A stretch of 64,000 nucleotides of DNA from Eledone cirrhosa (taxonomy: Eukaryota), in contig OZ024741.1 in the NCBI GenBank assembly GCA_964016885.1, forward strand, positions 50,840,001-50,904,000, in the 5' to 3' direction. Shown piece by piece: positions 41,520 to 53,902 of the stretch; the first letter of the stretch is position 1; each line of letters starts with the position of its first letter. The position numbers and the translations under genes are program-made. A model generated the notes under the pieces. The model was not told where the DNA came from. It searched no databases and saw only the letters and a list, made by a program, of their open reading frames with translations.

Positions 41520-41925
41520 TACATGCATTGGTGCAAGCAGTTCATCACAACGTCGGACCTGGAGTTGATTCCTTGTTCCTTAAGCTTGTTGATTTCTGCA
41601 GATTCCGAAAGGCACAACTGGCACTGTTATCCTCCGAGATTGTATGCACGCTTAAGGACAGCCAATTCCATTCTGAAACTGACGATTTTCTCCTCCATTC
41701 CCCAGACCCGCTCTGACAGATTGGTTTGTGATCTTATGTGCCGATATTTGAAGGAGCTGGCGTGGTTATAGAACTGGGATTTATACCCCTTTCTTGATGC
41801 TCCTATGTAGATCTTTGTTTTTGTTGTCCTCAGCTTGAATGGTGCATCTGTAAACAATTTCGGAGACCAGGCAGTTGTTATTTTAGCGGAACATCATAGG
41901 GGTTCTGCAGTTACATTTTTCGAAA
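41520..41925 (-). mobile_element. PLE GIY-YIG fragment
   Basis: KIYIGASRKGYKSQFYNHASSF...TNLSERVW, with upstream CNCR and downstream CAFR. Confidence 0.8.
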
Positions 41926-42054
41926 AAAAAAAAAAAGAGATTGAATTAGCTATCGAAACATTGCATTAAATCTGGAGTAAAACAAGAATTATTTCAATAT
42001 TAATATATGTATATCAGAATTTATTCAGAAGTTACATTCCCGTATGTATATTAG

Positions 42055-42159
<105 letters not shown>

Positions 42160-42596
42160 AATTAGTATATCTACCAACATATATATACAGATGCATACCT
42201 ATGCTAGCAAATATATAGGTTTTGTCTTAGTAACTTTGTGGTTCAATGCAAGGGGATGCAGAACAATTATATGAAAGACGTAAAATAAGAAAATTATAAA
42301 AATTAACTTACTTACTAAAATTTCACTCCAACTAATTAGTTTCTGAAAGGGAATAAACTTGGTCGGTGGCAAATTCAAAAGAATCAATCACGTGTCATTA
42401 GCACCCCACTCCTCACTGATTTACCTCAATGACACGTGATTGATTCTTTTGAATTTGCCACCGACCAAGTAGGCAGTGATTTTTTCAATGTCCTGGAATT
42501 TAGTCCTCGCTCGCTTTTTTCCATCCACTGAATTATTTTTGTATAAGTTCCCTGTGTCTACGCATTGCCTGGGAACTTAGCTGAGAATAGATCTCC

Positions 42597-42646
42597 CTGA
42601 TGACGAAAGGACTTTTCTCCATGTTGTTCCGATCGGAAACCATGTT
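42597..42646 (+). ncRNA. Possible hammerhead, truncated at an inversion junction
   Basis: CTGATGA-CGA...TCG-GAAA-CCATG, followed directly by an inverted copy of about 42268-42357. Confidence 0.4.
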
Positions 42647-42729
42647 TATTCCCTTTCAGAAACTAATTAGTTGGAGTGAAATTTTAGTAAGTAAGTTAAT
42701 TTTTATAATTTTGTTATTTTACGTCTTTC

Positions 42730-42811
<82 letters not shown>

Positions 42812-42814
<3 letters not shown>

Positions 42815-45495
42815 TATTGAAGTTTCCGTTGAAAATTGATAAAGTCATAGGAGTGAAGAGTGCTCTATGTAAGTGCCAGAGCTAAATTTAATGTATAATA
42901 AACAATACAATATAATTACCTCATTACCAGAGGTTTCCCGAATAAGACGAATACGAAAAACGTCCTCATTCGTTCATCGGACAAGGCAATTTAAAACATA
43001 GTGAAATATTTGAAAAATCTCCTCAAGAAAGGCAAGAGTTTAACGGGCCCCAAAAAATATAAAGCAAGAGATATATAAAAATAAGGAAATATAGTTAGGG
43101 TATATGTATAAATGTGTATATATTCACTCACAAATGTACATATGTGTGTATGTACAAATGCATGTGTATAGTGAAAATGTGTGTGTGCGTAAGTACGTAT
43201 ATGAGGGCAAGCATAATAGTGTATGTGTAACCAATACATATATAATATAAGTTGAAAAATAATGTACATCCAGATTTAGGTATTAAATATATACACATAC
43301 AAGTGTGAAAGCACGCTTATAAACACACACGCGCGATCATTTATATGCGGAAGATAAAAAGGGAAGGGAGTGTATAAGTCAAAAAGAGTGTCATATTCGA
43401 TACATATAAAAATAAGAAAAACATTTTGTTTAAATCAAAGAGAAAGTAAGGGGGAGGGGTTATCAATTATAAATTAACACTAGAGAAAAAGAAAACAAAC
43501 ATAGGTTCGCACGTACGCACATATACATATAAAAAAATATATATGAATACGTACAGGCAAAAGCGCATGCATACGTACATACATACACACGAAGCACATA
43601 TATATATACATATATCGGCACACGTATATCTAAGCACACGTACGTACGCGACTATATATATACATATATGCATACACACACATACATACATATACATATA
43701 CATATATATATATACATATACTTATACACATACCTTCACCCACATACACACACTCGTATAAATATAGATATAAAAACACACATGCTCACACATATAGACA
43801 CACACACGCACATATACGGAGGCACATGCACACTCATACGCATAGATACAAAATATAGACCAGCCATATGAAAAAAAAGAAATACAAATATAAAAGCGGC
43901 CGCGAAACAACAGAATATATCTGGAGTTGAAAACGCAAGTGATAAGTGGTATCAGGTAATGAAAGAAAATGGGGAAGTAAAGTGTGGAATGTGAAGATAT
44001 TAGGTAAGTGAATCAAAAAAATAGGGGGGGGGGGGCACTGGTGGATGTGAAGTGAAAATAAAAATGAAAATAAAGTTAAAAATAAAGGTAAATCAGAAAG
44101 AGAAGTCTGTAAAGAGGATAATTTAAGGAAAGTGAAGAACAAGAGTTTATGGAGGATAAGTATTTGAAAGTGAGTTAAGTTTATATGAGCTGGAAAGCAA
44201 GTGTGATTTCATGTGAGGGCAACTGGTGAAAATTTCTGTTTTTGTATTTAGGCAGGTTTTTGGTGATTTAAGGTTCTGTAAAATCCAATATTTTTCACTT
44301 ATGCAGAGTGTGCATCTTCTTGTTCCTCTTGCATATTCTTTAGATTGGTTCAAAATTGACCAATCCAATTTATATTGGATACCTTGGTCTTTCAAACCCC
44401 ATATTCTGCTAGACAGAGCTGTTGTAAATCGTTTTTCTGGATGTCGGAAAGATGCGACATGTGAGTAATAACGCGTTTTGAATTTGTCTTGTGTCATACC
44501 CACATATCGTTCACTGGTGGCTGGATGGTTGTTGCTGATGGTTGTCACTTTAGCCGCATATACAATGGCTTTGGTGTTGCATTTACCTTGTAATGGGCAT
44601 TCACTTTTGACTCTACAGGAGCAATTTTGATGTTCTCTGGGTGTTTTCTTATTGATGATATAAGATTTAATAGGGGGACCGCAGGAGTAGCTAATTTTGG
44701 CTAAAGTTTCTATTGAAGATCTTATAGTATCTATGTGTTCTAGGGAAATGTTTATCTAAGAGCTCTAGGAATTTTTTGCCTACATTAGTTTTAACTGCTA
44801 GAGAGTAGGGGGGTGTGAACCAGATTATTTTTCTTTTCCTATTATTATGTTTAAAGGAGTTAGTATTGTTGGGTATGTACTTAATCGGTTCGCTAAATCC
44901 GCTATTTTGAAGGGCTTTATTATAGTAGGGGGATGCCTTATTGAAAATAGCTTCTGAGGAAGAGAGGGTGGAGATCCTACGGCTAATATTAGGGATAAGG
45001 TTTTTAAAAACTATAGGAGGATGGCAAGAGCCTTTATTTATATATTTTAAATTTCTTTCTCATATATTGTTTCATTTTTATATGTATCGAATATGACACT
45101 CTTTTTGACTAATACACTCCCTTCCCTTTTTATCTTCCGCATATAAATGATCGTGCGTGTGTGTTTCAACTTATATTATATACGTATTGGTCACACATAC
45201 ACTATTATGCTTGCCCTCATATACGTACTTACGCACACACACATTTTCACTATACACATGCATTTGTACATACACACATATGTACATTTGTGAGTGAATA
45301 TATACACATTTATACATATACCCTAACTATATTTCCTTATTTTTATATATCTCTTGCTCTATATTATTTTTGCGCTTTAAACTCGTGCCTTTCTTGAGGA
45401 GATTTTTCAAATATTTCACTATGTTTTAAATTACCTTGTCCGATGAACGGGAAACCTCTGGTAATGAGGTAATTATATTGTATTGTTTATTATAC

Positions 45496-45497
<2 letters not shown>
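42812..45497 (-). mobile_element. Truncated PLE with RT tail, GIY-YIG and inverted pseudo-LTRs
   Basis: YVGMTQDKFKTRYYSHVASF...ALSSRIWGLK...CTLCISEKYWI...SCPH; 42893-43425 is inverted at 45062-45497 with deletions. Confidence 0.92.
42919..42986 (-). ncRNA. Candidate hammerhead with CCGATGA core variant
   Basis: CCTTGT-CCGATGA-ACGAAT...ATTCGG-GAAA-CCTCTGG-TA-ATGAGG. Confidence 0.6.
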
Positions 45498-45528
<31 letters not shown>

Positions 45529-45715
45529 GCTGCACGGTCTGCGAAGAGTATTGCAATCGCTAGTCAGATTATAGAGTTTGGTGCACTTTTAGGGTACGGC
45601 CAGCCACACGAACCTGTAACATATCCAGAACATGGAATGCCTCTGCTTTGAAGGTTTTTTAATTTTAAGTGGGGAAAAGCCTTTCACTCGACCAATTGTG
45701 CGTGCGTGTATATAT

Positions 45716-46740
45716 ATATATAAGTATGTATACGTACATACATATATGTATACAGACGTACAGTAGTATGTATATATATATACATACATGCACACATATA
45801 TATATGTACGTATGGATTCACCGAACATTTATTATAATGCTCGGTGTGTTTGTAAACAAACATCCCGAATTAAGCCGTACAGTGTCTAGCAACCATCGTT
45901 GCTCGTTTGTTCAACACTGACAAAGGAACGCTGTACTAGTTTCAAGCTTATTAGCTATCGCCAGCAACGTATACCTTCCTGCCAGATGATTGAACGTCTG
46001 AAAGTATATACTTTCCTTATGCATATTAACGGCTGAGCAGCCTAATTTGCATATCGAGTGAGTTAATCGGCCGGGGTACCGAAAACGATAAACGGAAAAA
46101 ATGAAACGAAATTTCATTTCTCACTCTTATACGGCTGTTACTTAAATATAAGTATATATACGTACATACATATATGTATACAGACGTACAGTAGTATGTA
46201 TATATATATACATACATGCACACATATATATATATGTACGTATGGATTCACCGAACATTTATTATAATGCTAAGAGTGAGAAATGAAATTTCGTTTCATT
46301 TTTTCCTTTTATCGTTTTCGGTACCCCGGCCGATTAACTCACTCGATATGCAAATTAGGCTGCTCAGCCGTTAATATGCATAAGGAAAGTATATACTTTC
46401 AGACGTTCAATCATCTGGCATGAAGGTATACATTGCTGACGATAGCTAATAAGCTTGAAACTAGTACAGCGTTCCTTTGTCAGTGTTGAAAAAATGAGCA
46501 ACGATGGTTGCTAGACACTGTACGGCTTAATTCGGGATGTTTGTTTACAAACATACCGAGCATTATAATAGATGTTCGGTGAATCCATACGTACATATAT
46601 ATATGTGTGCATGTATGTATATATATATATACATACTACTGTACGTCTGTATGCATATATGTATGTACGTATACATACTTATATTTAAGTAACAGCCGTA
46701 CTAAGAGTGAGAAATGAAATTTCGTTTCCTTTTTTCCGTG
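45716..46740. repeat. About 430-bp unit in tandem-then-inverted arrangement; second locus at 60388-61285
   Basis: GGATTCACCGAACATTTATTATAATGCTCGG... occurs forward then reverse-complemented at both loci. Confidence 0.9.
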
Positions 46741-47261
46741 TATATATATATATATATATATACACTGACTGCGTGTGGAGTGTATTTGTTTTGCAAGATT
46801 GGTGTGATATAGTGCGTTAAAACAGATATTGTTATACTTTGGTGGGTCATGCTGCTAATATAAACACACGCACTAGTTAGTTTTTATTACAGTTATATTT
46901 CTAGGTAACCAATCCATCCATCCAGCTATCGGTTAGTTTATTAACCAGATGGCTATTTGATTGCCAAAGCTTCTCAGTGGTTATGTTGGCCTTCGCTGTC
47001 TTCTCTTTGTTTTGAACTGAAGAGGAGAGCGCTTAGCTGTAACGTCAAGTAGCTCTACCGAATGTGTGTTTCTTTGGGGAATGTTTTATATTATTGTACG
47101 ACTGTTACTGATCATGTTCATCAATATAATAAAGACAAGAGGTGTGGAGGGTTGGATGTAAATGAACTCTCCATTTCGTTTTTTGTATTATTTGTATTTA
47201 CATGTGTTGAGAGCTGGGGTCACATTCAAGTCAATTGCCGTTATATTATATAAACATACAT

Positions 47262-47398
47262 AGAGTTACGGCCCTTGCCATTCTGAGTTCAAATCCCGCC
47301 GAGGTTAACTTTGCCTTTCATCCTTACGGGGTCGATAAAATAAAGTACCAGTAATGTACTGGGTAATTGCTGGCCTTGTGCCAAAAGTAGAAACAATT
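47262..47398 (+). mobile_element. SINE family A, partial
   Basis: GAGTTCAAATCCCGCCGAGGTTAACTTTGCCTTTCATCCTTACGGGGTCGATAAAATAAAGTACCAG. Confidence 0.9.
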
Positions 47399-47432
47399 AT
47401 ATAAACATATACACATACATACATACATACAT

Positions 47433-48043
47433 ACATGGTGGCTGCCAACTCGTTTTCGAGTACGGCCACTACTTTATATCCATGTAGGAGAACCCCTACT
47501 GATGCGCCGAACGAGTGTGACTTTTTAGTCCAGCCAGCGACTTGAAAAGTCTGGTACAAACACTACACTTGTGACAATTACTGACACATAGTGCTGGGCC
47601 CATTGTACTCTGTGATGATAAGTGCAGAGAGATCTCCAGATACAAAGCAATGCCTGTGCCGTGAAGCTTTTATAGTGAGCAAAAGCACTGCACAAAGCCA
47701 GTCCCACTCTCTTAACCAAGATGATATTTACCAAAAAGAAGAACAGGTCAACATCATTGGATACCATCAGGGTTGCAGGTGCTATATCGGAGTTTTCCTT
47801 CTCTTAGAATTCTGCCTTGACAAAGGCTAAGGGGTCATCTCTCCCGGTGATTTTGGATGGCCATTGACTCTTAAGAGCTCCTTTGCCCTTTGACAGGTTT
47901 TGTTTTTAGTCCTGCAGGATGTCCAAAGTCCCCCTCCTCACCAAGAAACCTTGGTGGGGTTGCCAGTTTAGTCGCCAACGACCCGACCATGAGACAGGTT
48001 GTACTGGGATACATGTTACCAGTAGCACCAACTGGTGACCTGA
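47433..48043 (-). mobile_element. Non-coding retroposon resembling an RTE 5' UTR; related pieces at 11265-11360, 49381-49690, 49860-50035, 50101-50400
   Basis: Shared blocks such as GGTCGGGTCGT.G..GACTAAAC.GGCAAC and AAAAACAAAACCTG; flanked by (TACA)n; RTE assignment is from recall. Confidence 0.55.
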
Positions 48044-48128
48044 TATACATACATACATACATACATACATACATACATACATACATACATACATACATAC
48101 ATACATACATACATACATACATACATAC

Positions 48129-49367
48129 AACATTTGAATGTCGCATCATATCTCTCCGACAACATCTACGAACCTCGAAGCGTAGGAGCCCGTTTCTCGG
48201 GCAAGTCTATCTGAAACAGATAAGATCATGAGAGTTGGGAAGGAACTCCTCGAGAGATATTCCCTGTGTGATAATCAAAAACTCACACCCAGGGAAGTCG
48301 CTCAGCAGTATCGCAGTGAATCCATGGATGAAAAACTACATACTTATCAGCAAAAAATCATGCATGGATATGTTGCCAGGAAGCTCCAGAGTGAGAGTAA
48401 TATAGATAAGGAAAGTAGTCTATCTTGGACCAACAACCGCTATATTGGCTCCCACTTTGAAGGATACGCTTTTGCAATCCAAGAACAGGAGATTAACACG
48501 AAATACCTGATTCACAAAAGAGATAGGGATGCAGGCAAAACACCTAGATGTGATAACAAGTGCAGACTCTGCAGAACTAACATCGAGGATATCACCCATG
48601 TCATCAACAACTGTCCAAAGATGTTATCGCGGTACTATCTACTTATGAGGCCAAAACACCGTACAATGCAGTTCGTAAAAAAGATAGCCCCGATAATAAA
48701 CACATTAAAAGCTACAACAATGTGGAAGACATCCATGTACATAATATGAAAGAGTACTGGTGGAATGTTCCAGTAAAAACCCCAATAAAATGCAGGCATA
48801 ACAGACCAGATATTATGATATGGGACAGGGAGAAGAAAGCATGCACAGTAGTGGAAATTAGCTGCCCAGCAGATCCCAATATAATATCAAAGATTAGTGA
48901 AAAGGAGAATATTTATGCAGAACTGATGAGAAATCTGCAGATACTCCACCCTGATTACACCTTCAGATTTATGCCTGTGATTATTGGGGCACTGGGGTAT
49001 GTTAGTAATTGCCTCAATACAAATCTTGAGAAGCTAGGCTTCACAGGAATAGAAAGAACACAACTAGTTCGGAAATTACAAGTACAATCCATTAATGGAA
49101 CAGTAAAAATATGTAAAACATTCCAAAAATTTTACATCTAATAACTGCATATAAACATGTACAGATGCAAAACATATACACATGCACACATACAACTCAA
49201 AACACACATCCACACATACAATAACATCCATATCTACACATGCATGCATACATACATATCTATCTAGTTGATGTTGTGTAAATTCCAATGAGAGAGTCTT
49301 GTGTCTATGTTAGAAACCGACTCTCTCTCTATTGGTAAAACTTTGTGAAATTATAAAACCAGAAGAA
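48129..49367 (+). mobile_element. 5'-truncated R4/Dong-like RLE non-LTR element flanked by (TACA)n
   Basis: EGYAFAIQEQEI, CRLCRTNIEDITHVINNC (CCHC), NRPDIMIWD...VVEISCP, PVIIGALG. Confidence 0.88.
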
Positions 49368-50045
49368 CATACATACATACATGATGGCTGCCCCCTCGTT
49401 ATCGAGAATGGCCATTGTACGGTATAACATTATTAATAATTATCAATTAATGCCATCGTGCAATGCCTGTGAGTGTGAAATTTTTTTTTAAGTGAAGAAA
49501 GATTGCACTGAGCCAATCCCACTCTCTGAGCGACAGTAGCTATAACTCGAAAAGAAGAAAAGATCAACACCATCGGTAACTACTGAGCCGCAGGTTTTAT
49601 GTCGGAGTTATCCCAGTTTCCTGAGTTGCTTCTAGAAGAATGCCCTGACAAAGACTATGGGCCCTTCACTCCGACAAAGGCTAGGGACCCTTAACACCCA
49701 GTGGTTTAACCGCGCGATTGGGTATCCAGCCCGATTAGTTCTATGTCCCCGGGCATATATACACATATGTATACATGCATATACATGCATATACAGATAT
49801 GTATACATGCATATACATATACACATATACACATATGTATATACATATTTACACATATTTGGATGGTCGTTGACTCTTGTGAGTTCTTCCGCCCTTTGTC
49901 AGGTTTTGGTTTTTGTCTTGCAGGGTGTTCAAAATCACCTTCCTCACCAAGTAAACTTGATGGAGTTGCCGGTTTAGTCATCGACGACCCGACCATGCGA
50001 CAGGTTGTATCAGTAGCACTCAAGAGTGACCTGACATACATACAT

Positions 50046-50086
<41 letters not shown>

Positions 50087-50524
50087 TATACATACATACA
50101 TGATGGCTGCAACTCGGTTTCGAGTAATGCCATCGCTTGATACTGAAGCATGAATATCACGGACGTGGCTTTTTAGTCCTGTTAAGGACTTGCCTACGGC
50201 CAGCAACACCATGCATCGCAAAAGATGTCACATATCAAGCGATGTCACATATCAAAAGATGTCACATATGAAGCTTTTTTAAGTAAGGAAAAGCTTTGCA
50301 CGGAGCCAATCCCACTCTCTGAACATCAAATACATTTGCCCAAAAAGAAGAATTGGTCTACAACATTGGATGCAAATGAAGTCACAGGTTTTATATTAGA
50401 ATATTAGGGTGACCGTCTCGATATCGTCGTAGTTGATATCACAATGTGTCATTCCAGTCCTATGTTCTCGAATTCTAGATGTCATGTTGGAAACTTATTG
50501 TCGGTAAGGTCCTCGAATGTAGAA

Positions 50525-51241
50525 TCACACGTCACAATACTGTAGAGTTAATGGTAGCAAATGGTCCGTGTAGCTGACTATCTTGAATTGTGGACAGCCT
50601 ATGCTAGACCTATCTATTTCCCTACAAAATACTCTATCTAGATATGATCTGGATGACCCTATGCGATTTGTCCAAGTCCACATTGGTACATTCGGGAAAT
50701 CCATTCGGTACCTGTCAGACAGTTCAAAACGTCTGAGCAGGTTGGTGAGACTCTTGCACCCTCCTTCCCTATCCACTAATCCCACACAATCCCAGCGTGC
50801 ATCTAAGATCCCGTTCCAGTCGCCCACTAACACTAAAGAGCGGGACGTTCCAAGAAAGGTCTCCAGACGCCGGAAGAAATCAGGCCGCCCTGCTCCTGTC
50901 GGGGCATAGACGGCCACTAACCTGAAAGCTTGCCCGTCTCCGCTGGTCACGTCCAGCACCACCAGCTTACCTTCTGGGTCCAGGAAGATGGCCCGTATGG
51001 CAAGATCCAAAACTCTCCGAAAAAGCACAGCAACTCCTCCCCCCGATCCTGGACGGCTGGGAGATGCGTACACATCGTAGCCGCCGAAGATCGGTGCGAA
51101 AGCCTGTGCTTCGGAGATTCTGGTCTCGCTGATGGCCACTACATCTATGTTTAGTGACCTGAGGTCGTTGAGCAGGTGGCCCTGCTTCCATGACGACCCC
51201 AAGCCACGCGCATTTATGCTGCCTATTCTGAGTGAGGTCAT
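50525..51241 (-). pseudogene. L1/Tx1-like ORF2 apurinic endonuclease domain, 3'-truncated
   Basis: GSINARGL, DVVAISET, GGGVAVLF, VAVYAP, LVGDWNG, SRSYLDRVF, TDH. Confidence 0.92.
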
Positions 51242-53488
51242 GTTGAAAAGGAATGGAAAAGATGGGAAAGACCACTTACCTTACTTCTCGTAGGGGAAGG
51301 ACGGCTTTTCCATCCTTTTCACTGCTTGTGGCCTCCTCAGGAAGGATGTCCTTATAAATCCTTCTGGAGAGTGCTTGTCGGAAGTCTCCGATGTCTTTGG
51401 GGAATTTTTGTTTTAGTGTCATGTACGTTTTCTGTGTGATGCGAGTGATTTGTATGTGTGGAGGTGGTGTGAATTTTGGGGTTGTTGTGTAGTCTTTTTT
51501 CTGTGATGCTGGTGTTGTGTTGGATGTAGTGTAATAATTGCTTGTTGTTCAAATTTAATGCTGTGTAGTGTGTATCGTTTTGGTTGTTTTGTTTTGTTTG
51601 CGTTTGTTGTGGGTTTGTTTCTGTTTCGAATTTTGGTGACTTTTGTGGTGTAGGTGATGGTGGTGCTGGGGATAATGATGGTGATGGTGTTGGTGTTTGG
51701 GTTGATGGGGTTGGTGATGCTGGTGTGGATGGTGGCATATCTGTCCTAACTTTTTTGTTTCTTAGTTTATTTGTTTCCCTCTGTATTTTGTTTTTGGAGG
51801 GGGAAGGAAGAGAATTTTTTCTTTTTTGGTTTCTTTTTTTTTTTCCGGATATCGTTTCCCACTCCTCGTCGTCACAATCTGTCTCCAGTTGTGATAGGCC
51901 GGGGAGTGGAAAATCCTCCACAGCCGTTAGTTTTGGTTGTGGTGTGGTGGATGGTGTAGGCGCTGGTGCTAGTTCTGAAGCGTTGGGTGGTGGTGGTGTT
52001 GGTTTTGCTGGTGGTGGTAGTGGTGTTGGTTTTGCTACTGTTGCTGGGGTTGTTGCTGTTATAGTTGCTTCTGTTGTTGCTGCTACAGTTGTTGCTGCCA
52101 TCTCTGCTACTGGTGGTGTTGATGGTTTTGTCACTGGGGTGGGTAGGAGAGGTGGCCTCAACCTTTTAGCCTGAGGGCAGAAAGCCCTTAGGTGGGTTCC
52201 TTCACCACAAACGACACACCTAGGTCTTCTGCCCTCGACAATTACCGTGAGGTGGCTGCCGTCAGTGAGGTCTATTACCTCTGGGATCTCCTCAATGCTT
52301 TTTTGGTCCGCTTGGATCAGGAGCTCCATCCCAGATCCGGACCAGTTTTCCTGCTTTTCTTTTGCTACTGCTATTATTTTCGTGTTGGCTTCGATGCCGG
52401 TGAGGACAGCCGCTATTAGCCAGGGAATTTCGATGGCCGGTGGAACGTGGGTCACCCTGATCTTTACGAGTCTCTGGCCACAATAGCTTGGGACGAGTGT
52501 GAGGTCGTCATTTTTTAATGGGGCCATGGAGTGTTCTCTAGCCTCCTCTGGTGTTTCAAAGAACACATCCACGGTTCCATACTTTTGCCCACGTCTGATG
52601 TGGGTTTTTCTTGCCCACACATGTCCCAAAGCTTTTTGGATTTGGGACTCGGATGCCCGTTCCACTCGGCGCGATTTTACATTTATTGTTCTATACGACA
52701 CGGTGCACAGGCGCCGATGCTCCATTTTATTAGGTGTGTGTGTGGGGGGGGGGGGGTGAGGCTGACCCTGTACCCATCTTTTTTTACCATTTGTTTGGCA
52801 TTTTCTAAATCTTCTTGGGTTACCGTGAACGCTTCGAATTGTTTTGCTACGATGGCGAAACTGAGGGTCGGTTTTATAATGTCATTGTTGTTGTTGTTGC
52901 TATCGTTAATATTAATTTTATTTTCAGTTGTGGTGGTTGTGACGTCAGTCGTCTTTGGTGGGGAAGAGTCCATTTTGCTTGATTTCATTTCGACGTCACG
53001 AGTTAATTTATTTTTTTCTTCTTTTGTTTCTGTTGTCGCGGTGGTGGTGGTGGTGGTGGTTGTTGCGGTGGTGGTGGTGGTGGAGGGTTTAACACCTGCA
53101 GTCATTGGTAATGGCGGGAAATGAATGCCTGCCTGAGACAAATTTAAAATATTGCTACTGCTTATATTTTTTTTTGTGTTGGCAAACGTAGTAACATTTA
53201 CAATGGTGGTGTCGGTGTGAGGTGTTATTTTGTGAGGAAGGCTTTCAGCTGCTTCGTGCAGAGGGGAATTAGCCATTTTTTTTTTCAAAGAAATTTTTGG
53301 ATAATAATAAAAGTTAAAAATTTTGGGCACAAGGCCCCAATCTTTTTGGGTGTCCTTTTCGGAAAACAATGTATGTGTGCTTATAAACAGTTTACAATAA
53401 AATTTTCCATAAATGGCAATTTTTAAACAAACGGAAATAACAAACCTTTGCGGAGCTCACGATAATACGATTTCCTACGTAGGTCGCC
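50555..53488 (-). mobile_element. L1/Tx1-clade LINE, 5' half
   Basis: ORF1 with zinc knuckle followed by APE ORF2; RT absent. Confidence 0.85.
51352..53276 (-). pseudogene. L1/Tx1-like ORF1 (CCHC knuckle, Pro/Thr-rich tail), split at a homopolymer
   Basis: VEGRRPRCVVCGEGTHLRAFCP; the upstream ORF 52683-53369 overlaps it out of frame near the G run at about 52745-52756. Confidence 0.75.
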
Positions 53489-53507
53489 AATAATAATAAT
53501 AATAATA

Positions 53508-53850
53508 AGATGTGGCCTGCCCTTTCGACACGAGAGTGCAAGAGAAGGAGAGGGAGAAAATTAACCGATACCAGGACCTAAAGTGGGAGGTGAAAAGGAT
53601 TTGGAACTGCCATGAAGTCAAAGTGATCCCGATTGTCATAGGTGCACTGGGGACTATCTCCAAAAGTTTCCAGGGATGGTTAAAGAAAATCGGCCCCTTC
53701 ACGCTTTTTGGAACGCTTCAAAAGGCATGCTTGCTTGGAACAGCAAGAACCCTCCGATACGTCCTGAATATCTGAGGCTGCAGGTAGTGGCTTGATATTC
53801 ATTCCAACGGACTTTCCAGTTAACCAACATCAATGACTGAGATTCAAGGA
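53508..53850 (+). mobile_element. Short 3' end of an R4/Dong-like element in (TAA)n
   Basis: DVACPFD...EKINRYQDLKWEVKRIW...VIPIVIGALG. Confidence 0.85.
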
Positions 53851-53861
53851 ATAACAACAAC

Positions 53862-53902
<41 letters not shown>

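Noticed and set aside
45980-46016. Hammerhead in the 430-bp family (CAGATGA...GAAA-GTATATAC-TT)
   Set aside because: Non-canonical core, no helix I pairing, and the core is sequestered in an alternative hairpin
51584-53124. Plus-strand Gly/Val-rich ORFs
   Set aside because: Antisense shadows of the L1/Tx1-like ORF1
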